Shown in pieces: positions 10,360 to 19,957 of a stretch of 64,000 nucleotides of DNA (position 1 is its first letter; every line of letters starts with the position of its first letter). Made by a program: the position numbers and the translations under genes. The notes under the pieces are model-generated. The model had not been told where the DNA came from, made no database searches, and saw nothing but the letters and a program-made list of their open reading frames with translations. Source of the stretch: Candidatus Nomurabacteria bacterium (GTDB lineage: Bacteria; Patescibacteriota; Saccharimonadia; Saccharimonadales; Saccharimonadaceae); NCBI GenBank assembly GCA_031290255.1, contig JAITNW010000012.1, positions 3,919 to 67,918 of the forward strand, given 5' to 3'.

Positions 10360-11634
10360 ATGACAGACAATCTAAAAACCAAACTAAAAACCCTCCCCAC
10401 CTCCCCAGGAGTCTACTTCCACAAAAACACCGCAAACGAAATCATCTACATAGGCAAAGCCGCCGTCCTCAAAAACCGCGTCCGCCAATATTTCCAATCC
10501 CCCTCCCAAAAAGACGCCAAAACCCGCGCCCTAGTAGCGGAAATTGCCGACACCGACTGGATAGTCGTAGACACAGAACTGGACGCCCTCTTCCTAGAGA
10601 GCGAAATGGTCAAGCGCTATATGCCCAAATGGAACATCCTACTCCGCGACGACAAATCCGTCAGCTACGTCCGCATCGACATGAAGTCCGCAGTTCCTTA
10701 CGTCTCGCTCACGCGTAACCCCGAAGACGACAAAGCCGAGTACTTTGGCCCATATTACGGCAAAAGCGTAGTCGAAAAAGCCCTCCGCATCCTCCGCAGA
10801 ATTTTCCCATATTACAGCAAGCCATATAACGGCAAGCGCACATTAGACACCGATCTAGGACTTTCGCCTGGCGTCGAAATCAACAAAATCACGCCCACCG
10901 AGTACAAACAAAACCTCCGCCACCTCATCAGCTATCTAAAAGGGAACCGCAAACAGCTTATTAGAGAACTAGAAAAACTCATGAAAGACGCCGCCAAAGC
11001 CAGCGATTTTGAGAAAGCCACCGCATACCGCAATCAATTTTACGGACTCAGAGGTCTCGCCACCAAAATCGTCTTTTCCGACAAGGAATTCCTCGACATC
11101 TCAAACGACGCCGCACTCCACAGGCTCCAAATTATGTTACGCATGTCAGAGCCACCCAGGCGCATAGAAGGCTACGACATTAGCCATCAATCCGGTACCA
11201 ACGTAGCCGGCAGCATGGTTTGCTTTATCAACGGCGTCGCCGACCGCACCAAATACCGCCGCTTCAAATTGCGCACCCAGCGCAATGACGACACCGCCAA
11301 CCTTCGAGAGATCGTCACTCGCCGTCTCCGCCACCTCAAAGATTGGGGCAAACCCGATCTCGTCGTAGTCGATGGTGGCATCGGGCAAGTCATGGCCGTC
11401 CACGACATTTTCGCCCAAGAGGGAATTGCTGTCATCGGCAGAGACAAGTCTGGCGACCACAGCCGCAACGCCAAAGTCAAAATCGTCATACCGGAAGCCC
11501 CAGGTGACTATCAGATGGTAGAACTAGCCGAATCCAGCCATGTCGCCAAACTCATCGCAAGAATAGACGACGAAAGCCACCGCTTTGCCATCCAGTACCA
11601 CAGTTTACTAAAACGCAAAAACGCGCTAGAATAA
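10360..11634 (+). CDS. uvrC: Excinuclease ABC subunit C, short form without C-terminal HhH domain
   Basis: 424 aa; GIY-YIG (PGVYFHKN..IIYIGKA..L..RV.QY), UVR-like helix (DFEKATAYRNQFYGL), RNase H-like nuclease (IEGYDISHQSG, VVVDGGIGQ). Ends about 180 aa short of E. coli UvrC. Confidence 0.85.
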   Translation: MTDNLKTKLKTLPTSPGVYFHKNTANEIIYIGKAAVLKNRVRQYFQSPSQKDAKTRALVAEIADTDWIVVDTELDALFLESEMVKRYMPKWNILLRDDKSVSYVRIDMKSAVPYVSLTRNPEDDKAEYFGPYYGKSVVEKALRILRRIFPYYSKPYNGKRTLDTDLGLSPGVEINKITPTEYKQNLRHLISYLKGNRKQLIRELEKLMKDAAKASDFEKATAYRNQFYGLRGLATKIVFSDKEFLDISNDAALHRLQIMLRMSEPPRRIEGYDISHQSGTNVAGSMVCFINGVADRTKYRRFKLRTQRNDDTANLREIVTRRLRHLKDWGKPDLVVVDGGIGQVMAVHDIFAQEGIAVIGRDKSGDHSRNAKVKIVIPEAPGDYQMVELAESSHVAKLIARIDDESHRFAIQYHSLLKRKNALE

Positions 11635-11640
11635 CCTCAC

Positions 11641-12012
11641 ATGATCAAACGACAAATCTTACTATTCCTATTGCGTTGGCTAGTTTCCAGCACCGCCATG
11701 TGGATCTGCATCAAATGGTTCGGCACCGTTGACCCCGGAGGCGAAACTCCCTGGCTCTATATCAGCGCCGGTCTCTTATTCTCCTTAGTAAACACCATCG
11801 TCAAGCCCATCGCTACCATCTTCGCCCTCCCACTCATCTTTATCACTATGGGCATCTTCGTCCTTATCTTGAACGCCCTCATGGTCGCCCTCACCATCTG
11901 GCTCCTCCCAGATGTCCATATGACTTTCTGGGGCACCGTCTTGAGCTGTCTAATGATCTCCCTCATAAACTACCTTGTCAATTTAATGGTACCAGCGTAC
12001 AATAAGAAATAA
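11641..12012 (+). CDS. Phage holin family 4 / DUF360-type membrane protein
   Basis: 123 aa with four hydrophobic segments; layout typical of the DUF360 family. Confidence 0.55.
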   Translation: MIKRQILLFLLRWLVSSTAMWICIKWFGTVDPGGETPWLYISAGLLFSLVNTIVKPIATIFALPLIFITMGIFVLILNALMVALTIWLLPDVHMTFWGTVLSCLMISLINYLVNLMVPAYNKK

Positions 12013-12014
12013 TT

Positions 12015-12242
12015 ATGGATTTAGGAGCGCTTTTTCAAACAACCACATTTGCCTCAGCCATCTTAATGGTCATTCTGATTTTGCTTCAACAGCGTGGCGC
12101 TTCACTTGGCGCCGGCTTCGGCAGTTCTGGCGAACTATATACCACCCGTCGTGGCCTCGAAAAATCCATGTTTAACGTTACTATAGTTTTCGCAGTCGTA
12201 TTCGTCCTATCTATCCTTGCACTATTACTAATCCCAAGCTAA
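12015..12242 (+). CDS. secG: Preprotein translocase subunit SecG
   Basis: 75 aa; two TM helices flanking LQQRGASLGAGFGSSGELYTTRRG, the typical SecG loop. Confidence 0.8.
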   Translation: MDLGALFQTTTFASAILMVILILLQQRGASLGAGFGSSGELYTTRRGLEKSMFNVTIVFAVVFVLSILALLLIPS

Positions 12243-14018
12243 ATGAAAAAAAGCATCAAAAAGAGTGGGCAAAAAATCATCAAGAAGCTCTCCCGAGCCA
12301 GCCATAAGACCGCCGAGAAGTCTAAAGAGCACGTCAAAAAGCATATTTTTCAGCGCGTCAGCAACATTCGCAATGTCCGCCTCTGGGTCTTTGAATGGAT
12401 CCTCCTCGTCACCGTAGTCATCCTTTTCTCCGTCATCCAAAACATTTGGTACCGCAGCTCCTACGAATCAGAAGTATTCGTATCAGGCGGCGGCTACAGC
12501 GAGGGCACTCTAGGCGCAATTAACTCCATGAATCCTCTCTACGCCAGTACAAATTCCGAGAAAACTCTATCAAAACTGATGTTTTCGAGCCTCCTCGCTC
12601 CCGATACTTCAGGACACCTCGGCAATTCTTTAGCAAAAAGCGTCTCTGTCGACAACACCGGCAAAATCTGGACGGTCACATTAAAAGACGACGTCAAATG
12701 GTCTGATGGCGCAGCACTAACCGCCGAAGACGTCATCTACACCATCAACCTCATCAAGAGTTCTGCCGCCAAAACCACCGTCGCCACCAATTTTACCAAC
12801 GTCAAAATCGCAGCCCCAGACGACACCACAGTAGTATTCACGCTCCCTACCATCTATGCCGCTTTCACCGAAACCCTAGATTTTCCCATCGTCCCCAAGC
12901 ACCTACTCGGCAACATCGAACCCGGTCTCGTCTACGAAAATGATTTCTCCACCAACCCCATCGGCTCCGGCCCATTCACCCTCAACGCCATGCAAAAGAA
13001 CCCCACCGGCCAAACCCTCCACTTGAGTCGCAACCCCAATTATTTCTCCGGCGCTCCCACTCTCGCCAACTTCACCCTCCGCACCTACTCCAAACCTAGC
13101 GAAATCGCCGCCGCTCTGAATCGCGCCGAAATCAACGCCAGCGCCGATCTCGGCACCCTCAGTAACAAAGCCGACCTTAACACAGCCACAATTTACGAAC
13201 GCAAAGCTCCCCTCAGCGGCGGCATTTTCGCCTTCCTCAACACCGACAGCCTTATTTTAAGCAGCACCAAAGTCCGCCAAGCCATCCAGCGCGGCGTCGA
13301 CATGGCAGTAGTAAGACAGGGCACTACCGAAGACCAAGCCCTAGATTTCCCCATCCTAAAACGCCAAATCCCAGACCTTAAGTTCCCCGAAATGCCCGTC
13401 CACGACACCGCCGCCGCCATCAAACTCCTCACCGACGCCAAATACCAGCTCACCGAAGGCCAACTTTTTGACCCCACCGGCGCCCGCGCCAGCCTCACCA
13501 TCTCAGTATTGTCCGCCGGCATCCTACCAGAAATCGCCACCCGCCTCTCCGAGCAGCTCGCCGAGCTAGGCTTCGAAGTCACCATAGACGAATTCATCGC
13601 CGAAGAAGCCTCCCAAGATTTCTTTACCGCCGTCATCCTCCCCCGCAGCTACGACATCCTCATCTACGAGATCGATCTCGGCCTCGACGCCGACCCCTTC
13701 GCCTACTTCGATTCTGCCAATGCCACCGCAACTGGCATGAACCTCAGCAACTACCGCAACAGTATCGTCGACGACCTCCTCCTCTCCGCCCGCACCACCA
13801 TGAATAGCCAACTCCGCAAAGCCAAATACGAATCCTTTCTCAAATATTGGCTAAACGACGCCCCCGCCCTCGGCATCTACCAATCCAGCCTCAGCTACTA
13901 CTACACCAAAAACACCCGCATTTTCTCCGAAAACAATGTCCTCACCCACAGCCTCGACCGCTTCGCCGACGTCACCTACTGGGCGACCGAAAAGTCCACC
14001 CGCAACCGCACTCCCTAA
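12243..14018 (+). CDS. ABC transporter substrate-binding protein, family 5 (peptide/nickel type), TM-anchored
   Basis: 591 aa; N-terminal TM anchor; SBP_bac_5-like signature SVSVDNTGKIWTVTLKDDVKWSDGAALTAEDVIYT. Confidence 0.8.
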   Translation: MKKSIKKSGQKIIKKLSRASHKTAEKSKEHVKKHIFQRVSNIRNVRLWVFEWILLVTVVILFSVIQNIWYRSSYESEVFVSGGGYSEGTLGAINSMNPLYASTNSEKTLSKLMFSSLLAPDTSGHLGNSLAKSVSVDNTGKIWTVTLKDDVKWSDGAALTAEDVIYTINLIKSSAAKTTVATNFTNVKIAAPDDTTVVFTLPTIYAAFTETLDFPIVPKHLLGNIEPGLVYENDFSTNPIGSGPFTLNAMQKNPTGQTLHLSRNPNYFSGAPTLANFTLRTYSKPSEIAAALNRAEINASADLGTLSNKADLNTATIYERKAPLSGGIFAFLNTDSLILSSTKVRQAIQRGVDMAVVRQGTTEDQALDFPILKRQIPDLKFPEMPVHDTAAAIKLLTDAKYQLTEGQLFDPTGARASLTISVLSAGILPEIATRLSEQLAELGFEVTIDEFIAEEASQDFFTAVILPRSYDILIYEIDLGLDADPFAYFDSANATATGMNLSNYRNSIVDDLLLSARTTMNSQLRKAKYESFLKYWLNDAPALGIYQSSLSYYYTKNTRIFSENNVLTHSLDRFADVTYWATEKSTRNRTP

Positions 14019-14180
14019 CCACACCGCCATTTCGCTATTGCTTTTTCAGCAAATCTGTGCTACAATACAATCAGGTCTAGCTTGACCCTCTGTTTTTTAA
14101 GCTTCACACTTTTCTTCAAAAACCACGATTTGGCAGAGTTTTTTATCACAAAAAATAGCCCCACAGAGCCATAATAACAG

Positions 14181-14267
14181 TGGTGCGCGCGAGAGGACTT
14201 GAACCTCCACAGACTTGCGTCCATAGCCACCTCAAGGCTACGTGTATACCAATTTCACCACGCGCGC
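14181..14267 (-). tRNA. tRNA-Leu (anticodon GAG)
   Basis: Reverse complement folds as a cloverleaf: acceptor GCGCGCG/CGCGCGC, anticodon arm TAGCC-TTGAGGT-GGCTA, long variable arm, T arm GGAGG-TTCAAGT-CCTCT, encoded CCA. Confidence 0.9.
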
Positions 14268-14381
14268 ATGTGTAATAAAAATACATTCACATTATAACAG
14301 ATTACCCAAAATAAAATAAATTTTCTACAGAAAATCCCCAAAAAGTATGCTACTATAAGCATATTAAGTAAGCGAGGTACT

Positions 14382-15335
14382 ATGAAAAAACGGGCACTAT
14401 TACTATTGGCCCTTTCAGCAATAATCTCAGGCGCAATGCATCTCCCGGCCAGCATTGCCAAAGCGGAAGAAGCAGAATCTTCCATCTTAACTCTCAGCGC
14501 AGATCCAGAACGCCTAGAATACGGCGTCCTAATCCCCAGCAACAGTTACACCAAAACCATTTCAATTACCAACGAGGGCGCAGAAAAAACCTCCTTCACG
14601 CTATCTATAGTAGGTTACTACCAAACTTCCGAACTCGACCCAGCCCACACCGCCATCTCCGAATGGCTCACCTTCACCGGTGCCACCGAATACACCCTAG
14701 CTCCCCAAGCCAGCACCAACATCAGCCTCCGCGTCAAAATCCCCAAAGACGCCTCCGCCGGCGGCCAATACGCCTCACTCCTAGCAGGGAACCCCAATAG
14801 CGAAACCATTACACTCTCCACCATTTCTGCCATCGTCAGCGGCTCAGACCTTACTTACGGTGGGGAAGTCTCCGACCATCAAATCCAAGGCTTCAGCTTC
14901 TCGCCCAGCATCAATTCTTCCGCCACCATCAAAAATTCCGGCAATGTCGACTTTGAGGCCAAATACAAGTTCACCATTACCCCCTTATTCGGCAGCGATC
15001 CCATCTATGACTCCGAAATTTCCCGCACCATTCTACCTAGCGAAACCTCTACCATTCACCAAGACTGGGCAGACGCCCCAATATTCGGCATTTTTAACGC
15101 CACCCAAACCATCACCTACGTGAACTCCGACGGCGAACAGGTCGAGCTCACCACTGCTCGCGTCGCCATCATCTGCCCAATCTGGCTCATTATCGCCATT
15201 GTCGTCGCTCTCGCAGCCATCATCCTTCTCATCGTATTCCTAAAACGCCACAACAAAAAATCCCCCCACGCCCACAAAAACCACAACCACAAAAACCACA
15301 AAAAAGCCTCCTGGGAACAACCCCAAGAGGGCTAA
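14382..15335 (+). CDS. Cell-surface protein, DUF916/DUF3324-like, C-terminal TM anchor and His/Lys-rich tail
   Basis: 317 aa; signal peptide ending IAKAEE; paralog of 15513..16487 (shared AGGQYA and N.GN.DFEA.Y.F...PL motifs); C-terminal TM then KRHNKKSPHAHKNHNHKNHKK. Confidence 0.6.
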   Translation: MKKRALLLLALSAIISGAMHLPASIAKAEEAESSILTLSADPERLEYGVLIPSNSYTKTISITNEGAEKTSFTLSIVGYYQTSELDPAHTAISEWLTFTGATEYTLAPQASTNISLRVKIPKDASAGGQYASLLAGNPNSETITLSTISAIVSGSDLTYGGEVSDHQIQGFSFSPSINSSATIKNSGNVDFEAKYKFTITPLFGSDPIYDSEISRTILPSETSTIHQDWADAPIFGIFNATQTITYVNSDGEQVELTTARVAIICPIWLIIAIVVALAAIILLIVFLKRHNKKSPHAHKNHNHKNHKKASWEQPQEG

Positions 15336-15345
15336 AGCTCAAATT

Positions 15346-15422
15346 TGGTGAGTCCGGTGAGACTTGAACTCACGACACCCTGCTTAAAAGGCAGGTGCTC
15401 TAACCGGCTGAGCTACGGACCC
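15346..15422 (-). tRNA. tRNA-Lys (anticodon UUU)
   Basis: Reverse complement: acceptor GGGTCCG/CGGACTC, D arm GCTC..GAGC, anticodon arm CCTGC-CTTTTAA-GCAGG, T arm GTGAG-TTCAAGT-CTCAC, CCA. Confidence 0.9.
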
Positions 15423-15512
15423 AATGTCAAAAAGTATACACCAAAATAGGCTTTACGACAATGCTAAAAATGCGCTATACTACTACTTAGTAATATCTGG
15501 AGGATTTATTCA

Positions 15513-16487
15513 ATGAAAAGGCGAACAATAATTGTTCCCATTACGCGCATGGTGGTTGCAGGGATGCTTTTGCTAACTAGCGCATTTGCTCTTACGGCCG
15601 GCATCGCGCGTGCAGAAGAAGAAAACAACGCAGCAAAACAAAATTCACCAGTCATCCAAATCTCTCCCACCATGAAGCGGCTAGATCTGGAGCCAGGCGA
15701 AAAGCAAACCGGTGAAATTACCATCGCAAATTCCGGCAAAGTAAACTTTTCATTCAAAGTTTATGCCGCTCCATATACCGTTATCGGCGATGAACATGAG
15801 CCAAACTTCAACACCGAAACTAATTTCACTCAGATCTCGCGCTGGATTAGTTTCGAAAAAACCGAGTACACTATTGCGCCCGAAAAAGAACAAATTATTA
15901 AATACGTCATCAACGTTCCAGAAGACGTCCCAGCCGGCGGCCAATACGCCGCAATTTTCGCTGAAACCATCAATAATGACGATATTGGCGAAAGCTCCAT
16001 CGGAAGTATCAAAACCGCTTCGCGCATTGGCATGATTATTTATGCCAATATCGCAGGCGACACTCGCGCAAGTGCCGAAATCATCCAATTTGCACTACCT
16101 ACATTCTACTCAAGCTTCGGCATGCCAGATGTCACCGCTATCGCTCGCGTCAAAAACACCGGTAATACCGACTTTGAAGCCACCTATCGCTTCAAAGTCG
16201 AGCCCCTCATCGGAGGTGTAGTATATGACGATGAGCAAGTTCAGGTCGTTTTGCCCGACACCGAGCGCCAAGCCGAGCTCAAGTGGGCAGAAACCCCGCT
16301 TCTTGGCATATTCAAGATCACTTTCTCCGTTACGGCAGGGGACGCCACGAGAGAAATCAGCACTGCGGTCTTAGTTTTACCACCTTGGCTTATCATTATA
16401 GTACTTTTGCTATTGACTTTATTGATAGTTTGGCTTATCATCAAAGTTAGGAGGCGTGAACAGCTAAAGTCAAAGTTTAGGCTTTGA
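15513..16487 (+). CDS. Cell-surface protein, DUF916/DUF3324-like paralog with C-terminal TM anchor
   Basis: 324 aa; signal peptide (..GIARAEE); PAGGQYAAIFAE and NTGNTDFEATYRFKVEPL motifs; C-terminal TM LIIIVLLLLTLLIVWLII then KVRRRE. Confidence 0.6.
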   Translation: MKRRTIIVPITRMVVAGMLLLTSAFALTAGIARAEEENNAAKQNSPVIQISPTMKRLDLEPGEKQTGEITIANSGKVNFSFKVYAAPYTVIGDEHEPNFNTETNFTQISRWISFEKTEYTIAPEKEQIIKYVINVPEDVPAGGQYAAIFAETINNDDIGESSIGSIKTASRIGMIIYANIAGDTRASAEIIQFALPTFYSSFGMPDVTAIARVKNTGNTDFEATYRFKVEPLIGGVVYDDEQVQVVLPDTERQAELKWAETPLLGIFKITFSVTAGDATREISTAVLVLPPWLIIIVLLLLTLLIVWLIIKVRRREQLKSKFRL

Positions 16488-16554
16488 TAATTTAGCCCAG
16501 ACACGCAGCAAATACAAAAACAAAATACAAACCATAAACAGCGAGAAAAATTGC

Positions 16555-17433
16555 ATGAGTAGAGTATGCAAAAAAATAGCAGGCCTGTTTGGATTGGCGT
16601 TCGTGGTGGGCATAACGGCAGTCGCTTCAGGTATCCCACCGGTGCAACAAGCATCGGCGGTAAGTGGAGACGTCAATGTGTACTTCAAAGTCGTCAACAA
16701 TGACGAATTTTCGGCACAAATTGTCAGCCCGACAGAGGGTTCGATCTCCTATTCAGATGGGGGCGTAACAGCCAAGATTAGCTACACCGATGCGTCATCT
16801 TTGAGTGTCTATCTAACGTATCCCGACGGACGTCAAGAGTTAGTCGACACTATCACCCCAGGTGACGAGAGTGGAGATTTTGATCTAGCGTTGCCAGTTT
16901 ACGAATATGGCGACTACACTATTACGGTCAGCGGTCAAGATCTGAACGGTAGCTTCGTAGATGGAGATGCCAAAGCGTTTTCTTATCGAGCTATTACCGC
17001 AGAAGTATCAGAAGACGGTGACAAAGTCGACGTCAAATACGGCTCCAACGTCTGTATGCTTGGCTTCCAAGTCTACAAAGCAACCGATACAGCACGCGAG
17101 CACCCTCTCCTTGACCCAGAATACCTGATAAGCGCAGCGCAGAGCGGGGAAATTCCAAATCTTGCCGAAGTCGCAATACCCGGCTTCGATCAGTTTGGTC
17201 CAGATGAATATACGGTAGTTGTCACAGCTTATGACTGCTTAGACAACGTCTTAGATTCAGATGACGTCGCAATGCTTGGCGTGATCAATCCGCCAATCAC
17301 CGGCTCCATCAATATTCTAGGCATCACCATTTCTCAGACCGATTATCTCATCACTGGTCTCGTTGTATTTGTTCTTGCCGCTATCTTTGCCCTATTCTTA
17401 CTTGGTCGTCGCAAAAAGACCACCAAACGCTAA
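16555..17433 (+). CDS. Secreted surface protein with a sorting-signal-like C-terminus
   Basis: 292 aa; signal peptide; acidic beta-rich body; C-terminus NPPITG...DYLITG + LVVFVLAAIFALFLLG + RRKKTTKR (motif, hydrophobic stretch, basic tail). Confidence 0.6.
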   Translation: MSRVCKKIAGLFGLAFVVGITAVASGIPPVQQASAVSGDVNVYFKVVNNDEFSAQIVSPTEGSISYSDGGVTAKISYTDASSLSVYLTYPDGRQELVDTITPGDESGDFDLALPVYEYGDYTITVSGQDLNGSFVDGDAKAFSYRAITAEVSEDGDKVDVKYGSNVCMLGFQVYKATDTAREHPLLDPEYLISAAQSGEIPNLAEVAIPGFDQFGPDEYTVVVTAYDCLDNVLDSDDVAMLGVINPPITGSINILGITISQTDYLITGLVVFVLAAIFALFLLGRRKKTTKR

Positions 17434-17450
17434 GAATTCAAGCATAAGCA

Positions 17451-17481
17451 AAAGTGAGCCAATTTCTAGGCTCACTTTTTG
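17451..17481 (+). terminator. Intrinsic terminator after the 16555 gene
   Basis: AAAGTGAGCC-aatttcta-GGCTCACTTT followed by TT. Confidence 0.6.
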
Positions 17482-17647
17482 TATAAAAGTATGTTAAAAT
17501 ATGTGAAGTTGGGGCAGAGAAGAGTGCTAGACGCTTAGCTCAGTTGCCTGTCCGAGCGAAGCGAGTAAAATCAATACTAGCGTATACGCTCTAGCCAACT
17601 CCAAACAAAACTGCACCTTCCAGTAACAAATCAGCCAAAATTAACCA

Positions 17648-17724
17648 GGGTCGTTAGCTCAGTTGGCTAGAGCGTATCTTTGACGTAGATAAGGTCGTAG
17701 GTTCGACTCCTACACGACCCACCA
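17648..17724 (+). tRNA. tRNA-Val (anticodon GAC)
   Basis: Acceptor GGGTCGT/ACGACCC, D arm GCTC..GAGC, anticodon arm TATCT-TTGACGT-AGATA, T arm GTAGG-TTCGACT-CCTAC, CCA. Confidence 0.9.
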
Positions 17725-17817
17725 ATCAATCATCAGAACGCAAATCATATGTCTCTTATGACAAGGTACATATCATTTGCACTCTGATCTATCAAATTTA
17801 ACTTCATTTAGGTTTCT

Positions 17818-19632
17818 ATGGAAAAATCCAAAATTCGCAATGTCGCCATTATTGCTCACGTCGATCACGGCAAAACTACTCTAGTCGACGGTCTCTTAAA
17901 ACAGAGCCACACTTTTCGCGATAATCAAGCCGAAATGTCCCAAACTCTCATTATGGATTCTGGCGACCAAGAGCACGAGCGGGGCATTACCATCACCGCC
18001 AAACAGACCGCCGTATATTACGACGGCTACAAAATCAACGTCATCGACACCCCAGGTCACGCAGACTTCTCCGGCGAAGTCGAGCGCACCCTCAACATGG
18101 CCGACGGCGTACTCTTAGTCGTCGACGCCCAAGAAGGCCCCATGCCACAAACCAAATTTGTCCTCAAAAAAGCCCTCGACATGCAGCTCACCCCTATCGT
18201 CGTGATCAACAAGATCGACAAACCTGCCGCCCGTATCGCCGAAGTTGAAGATGAAATTGCCGATCTTTTCCTCGAACTAGCCACTTCAGAAGAACAACTC
18301 CGCTACCCCACCTACTTTGCCATCGCAAGAGACGGTAAAGCCGGCATCACCACAGATCTAGAAGACAGCCTAGCCCCCATTTTCCAAGCCATCATCAGCG
18401 AAATCCCCGAGCCACGCACGGATGCCGACGATAGCAAAGGTGCGCAACTTCTCGTTGCCGCTCTTGCCGCCGACAATTACCTCGGCAAATACGCCATCGG
18501 CAAAATCTTCCGCGGCAAACTCAAGAAAAACGAAGCCGTCACTCTCATCAGCCCATCTGGCGACCAGATTCGCAGCAAAATCGACCGTATTTTTGGCTAT
18601 CGGGGATTAAGCCGTGAAGAAGTTCAAGCAGCCACCGCTGGGGACATTGTAGCGATCTCTGGCATCGCTGAGGCCAATATCGGCGATACTATCGCTACTG
18701 GCGACCAACCAGAGGCTCTCCCCACCATTGAGCTTGAACCCCCTACACTTAGTATCTACATCGGTCCCAACACCAGCCCCCTCAAAGGTCGCGAAGGCGA
18801 ATTTACCACCTCTAGACAAATCGGCGATCGCCTCCACAAAGAACTAGAGACCAATATCGCCCTCAAACTAGAAGACCAAGGCCTCGGCTTCAAAGTCTCC
18901 GGCCGCGGCGAACTCCACCTCTCCGTACTGATCGAAACCATGCGCCGCGAAGGCTACGAACTAGAAGTCGGCCGCCCAGAAGTTGTCTACATCGAAGAAA
19001 ACGGCATCAAGCTTGAACCCATAGAAGACCTCACCATAGAGGCCAGTCCAGAATTTGTCGGCGCCGTCAGCCAAGAGCTCGGCATCCGCAAAGCCGAACT
19101 CATCTCCCAAGAACAAACCAGCGTCGGCACCACCCGCTTCACCTACTCCATCCCCACAGCCGCCCTCATCGGCCTCCGCAATACCCTCCTCACCGCCACC
19201 AAAGGCACCGTAATTATGAATTCCATCCCCAAAGGGCATAGCCCAGTCTCCAGTCGCTATAAAGTCGAGCGCAACGGAGCCCTCGTTTCTTCCGAAACTG
19301 GCACCTCCACCGCCTTCGCTCTATTTGCCTCCGAAGCCCGCGGCACCCTCTATATTCCACCCCAAGTTGACGTCTACCAAGGCATGATCGTCGGCCTCTC
19401 CAAAAAAGACGAACTCGACATCAACATCTGCAAAGAAAAACAGCTCAACAACATGCGCACCCATTCCAGCGACGGTACCATCCAGCTCACCCCCTACACC
19501 CAACTTTCCCTAGAGCAATCTCTAGACTTCCTCATGCACGATGAACTCTTAGAGGTCACCCCCAAAAACCTCCGCCTCCGCAAAAGGGAACTCAACCCCA
19601 CCCTCCGCAAACGCGCCAACAAGAACTCCTAA
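17818..19632 (+). CDS. typA: Translational GTPase TypA/BipA
   Basis: 604 aa; G motifs AIIAHVDHGKTTL, DTPGHADF, NKID; EF-G-like domain order. Confidence 0.9.
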   Translation: MEKSKIRNVAIIAHVDHGKTTLVDGLLKQSHTFRDNQAEMSQTLIMDSGDQEHERGITITAKQTAVYYDGYKINVIDTPGHADFSGEVERTLNMADGVLLVVDAQEGPMPQTKFVLKKALDMQLTPIVVINKIDKPAARIAEVEDEIADLFLELATSEEQLRYPTYFAIARDGKAGITTDLEDSLAPIFQAIISEIPEPRTDADDSKGAQLLVAALAADNYLGKYAIGKIFRGKLKKNEAVTLISPSGDQIRSKIDRIFGYRGLSREEVQAATAGDIVAISGIAEANIGDTIATGDQPEALPTIELEPPTLSIYIGPNTSPLKGREGEFTTSRQIGDRLHKELETNIALKLEDQGLGFKVSGRGELHLSVLIETMRREGYELEVGRPEVVYIEENGIKLEPIEDLTIEASPEFVGAVSQELGIRKAELISQEQTSVGTTRFTYSIPTAALIGLRNTLLTATKGTVIMNSIPKGHSPVSSRYKVERNGALVSSETGTSTAFALFASEARGTLYIPPQVDVYQGMIVGLSKKDELDINICKEKQLNNMRTHSSDGTIQLTPYTQLSLEQSLDFLMHDELLEVTPKNLRLRKRELNPTLRKRANKNS

Positions 19633-19748
19633 AGCCTGCATATTTTTGATTAGACGACTTTTTGACCTTCTGTAAAAATACCAAGTACCGAGAGAACAGA
19701 AGGGGAGAGAGCTTTTTGCTACCGTCTTGTATTAAAAGACCAGCTTCA

Positions 19749-19866
19749 AGGTAAAACCTAAGAATGCCCTCTCAAACATTATTGCGAACCAGAGAAAGCA
19801 CCCAGAGGGGCTGCTTTCCTGCGTAAGCACTCCTAATGTTTGAGAGGGCATTCTTAGGTTTTACCT
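19749..19866. repeat. 118-bp hairpin: 33-bp perfect inverted repeat around a 52-nt structured loop
   Basis: 19749-19781 is the exact reverse complement of 19834-19866; the loop holds its own stem GAAAGCA/TGCTTTC. Confidence 0.9.
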
Positions 19867-19928
19867 CAACATAGCCTATTTCACCCACTCAAAAAACCCA
19901 GCAAGCCATCAGCTCACCATATAACTCC

Positions 19929-19957
19929 ATTATATCACACACAACTAAAAAAGTCAA
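19929..19957 (-). promoter_or_regulatory. Consensus promoter (TTGACT-N17-TATAAT) with no downstream ORF
   Basis: Reverse complement reads TTGACT, 17 nt including TGTGTGA, TATAAT. Transcription would run leftward through the 118-bp hairpin. Confidence 0.5.
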
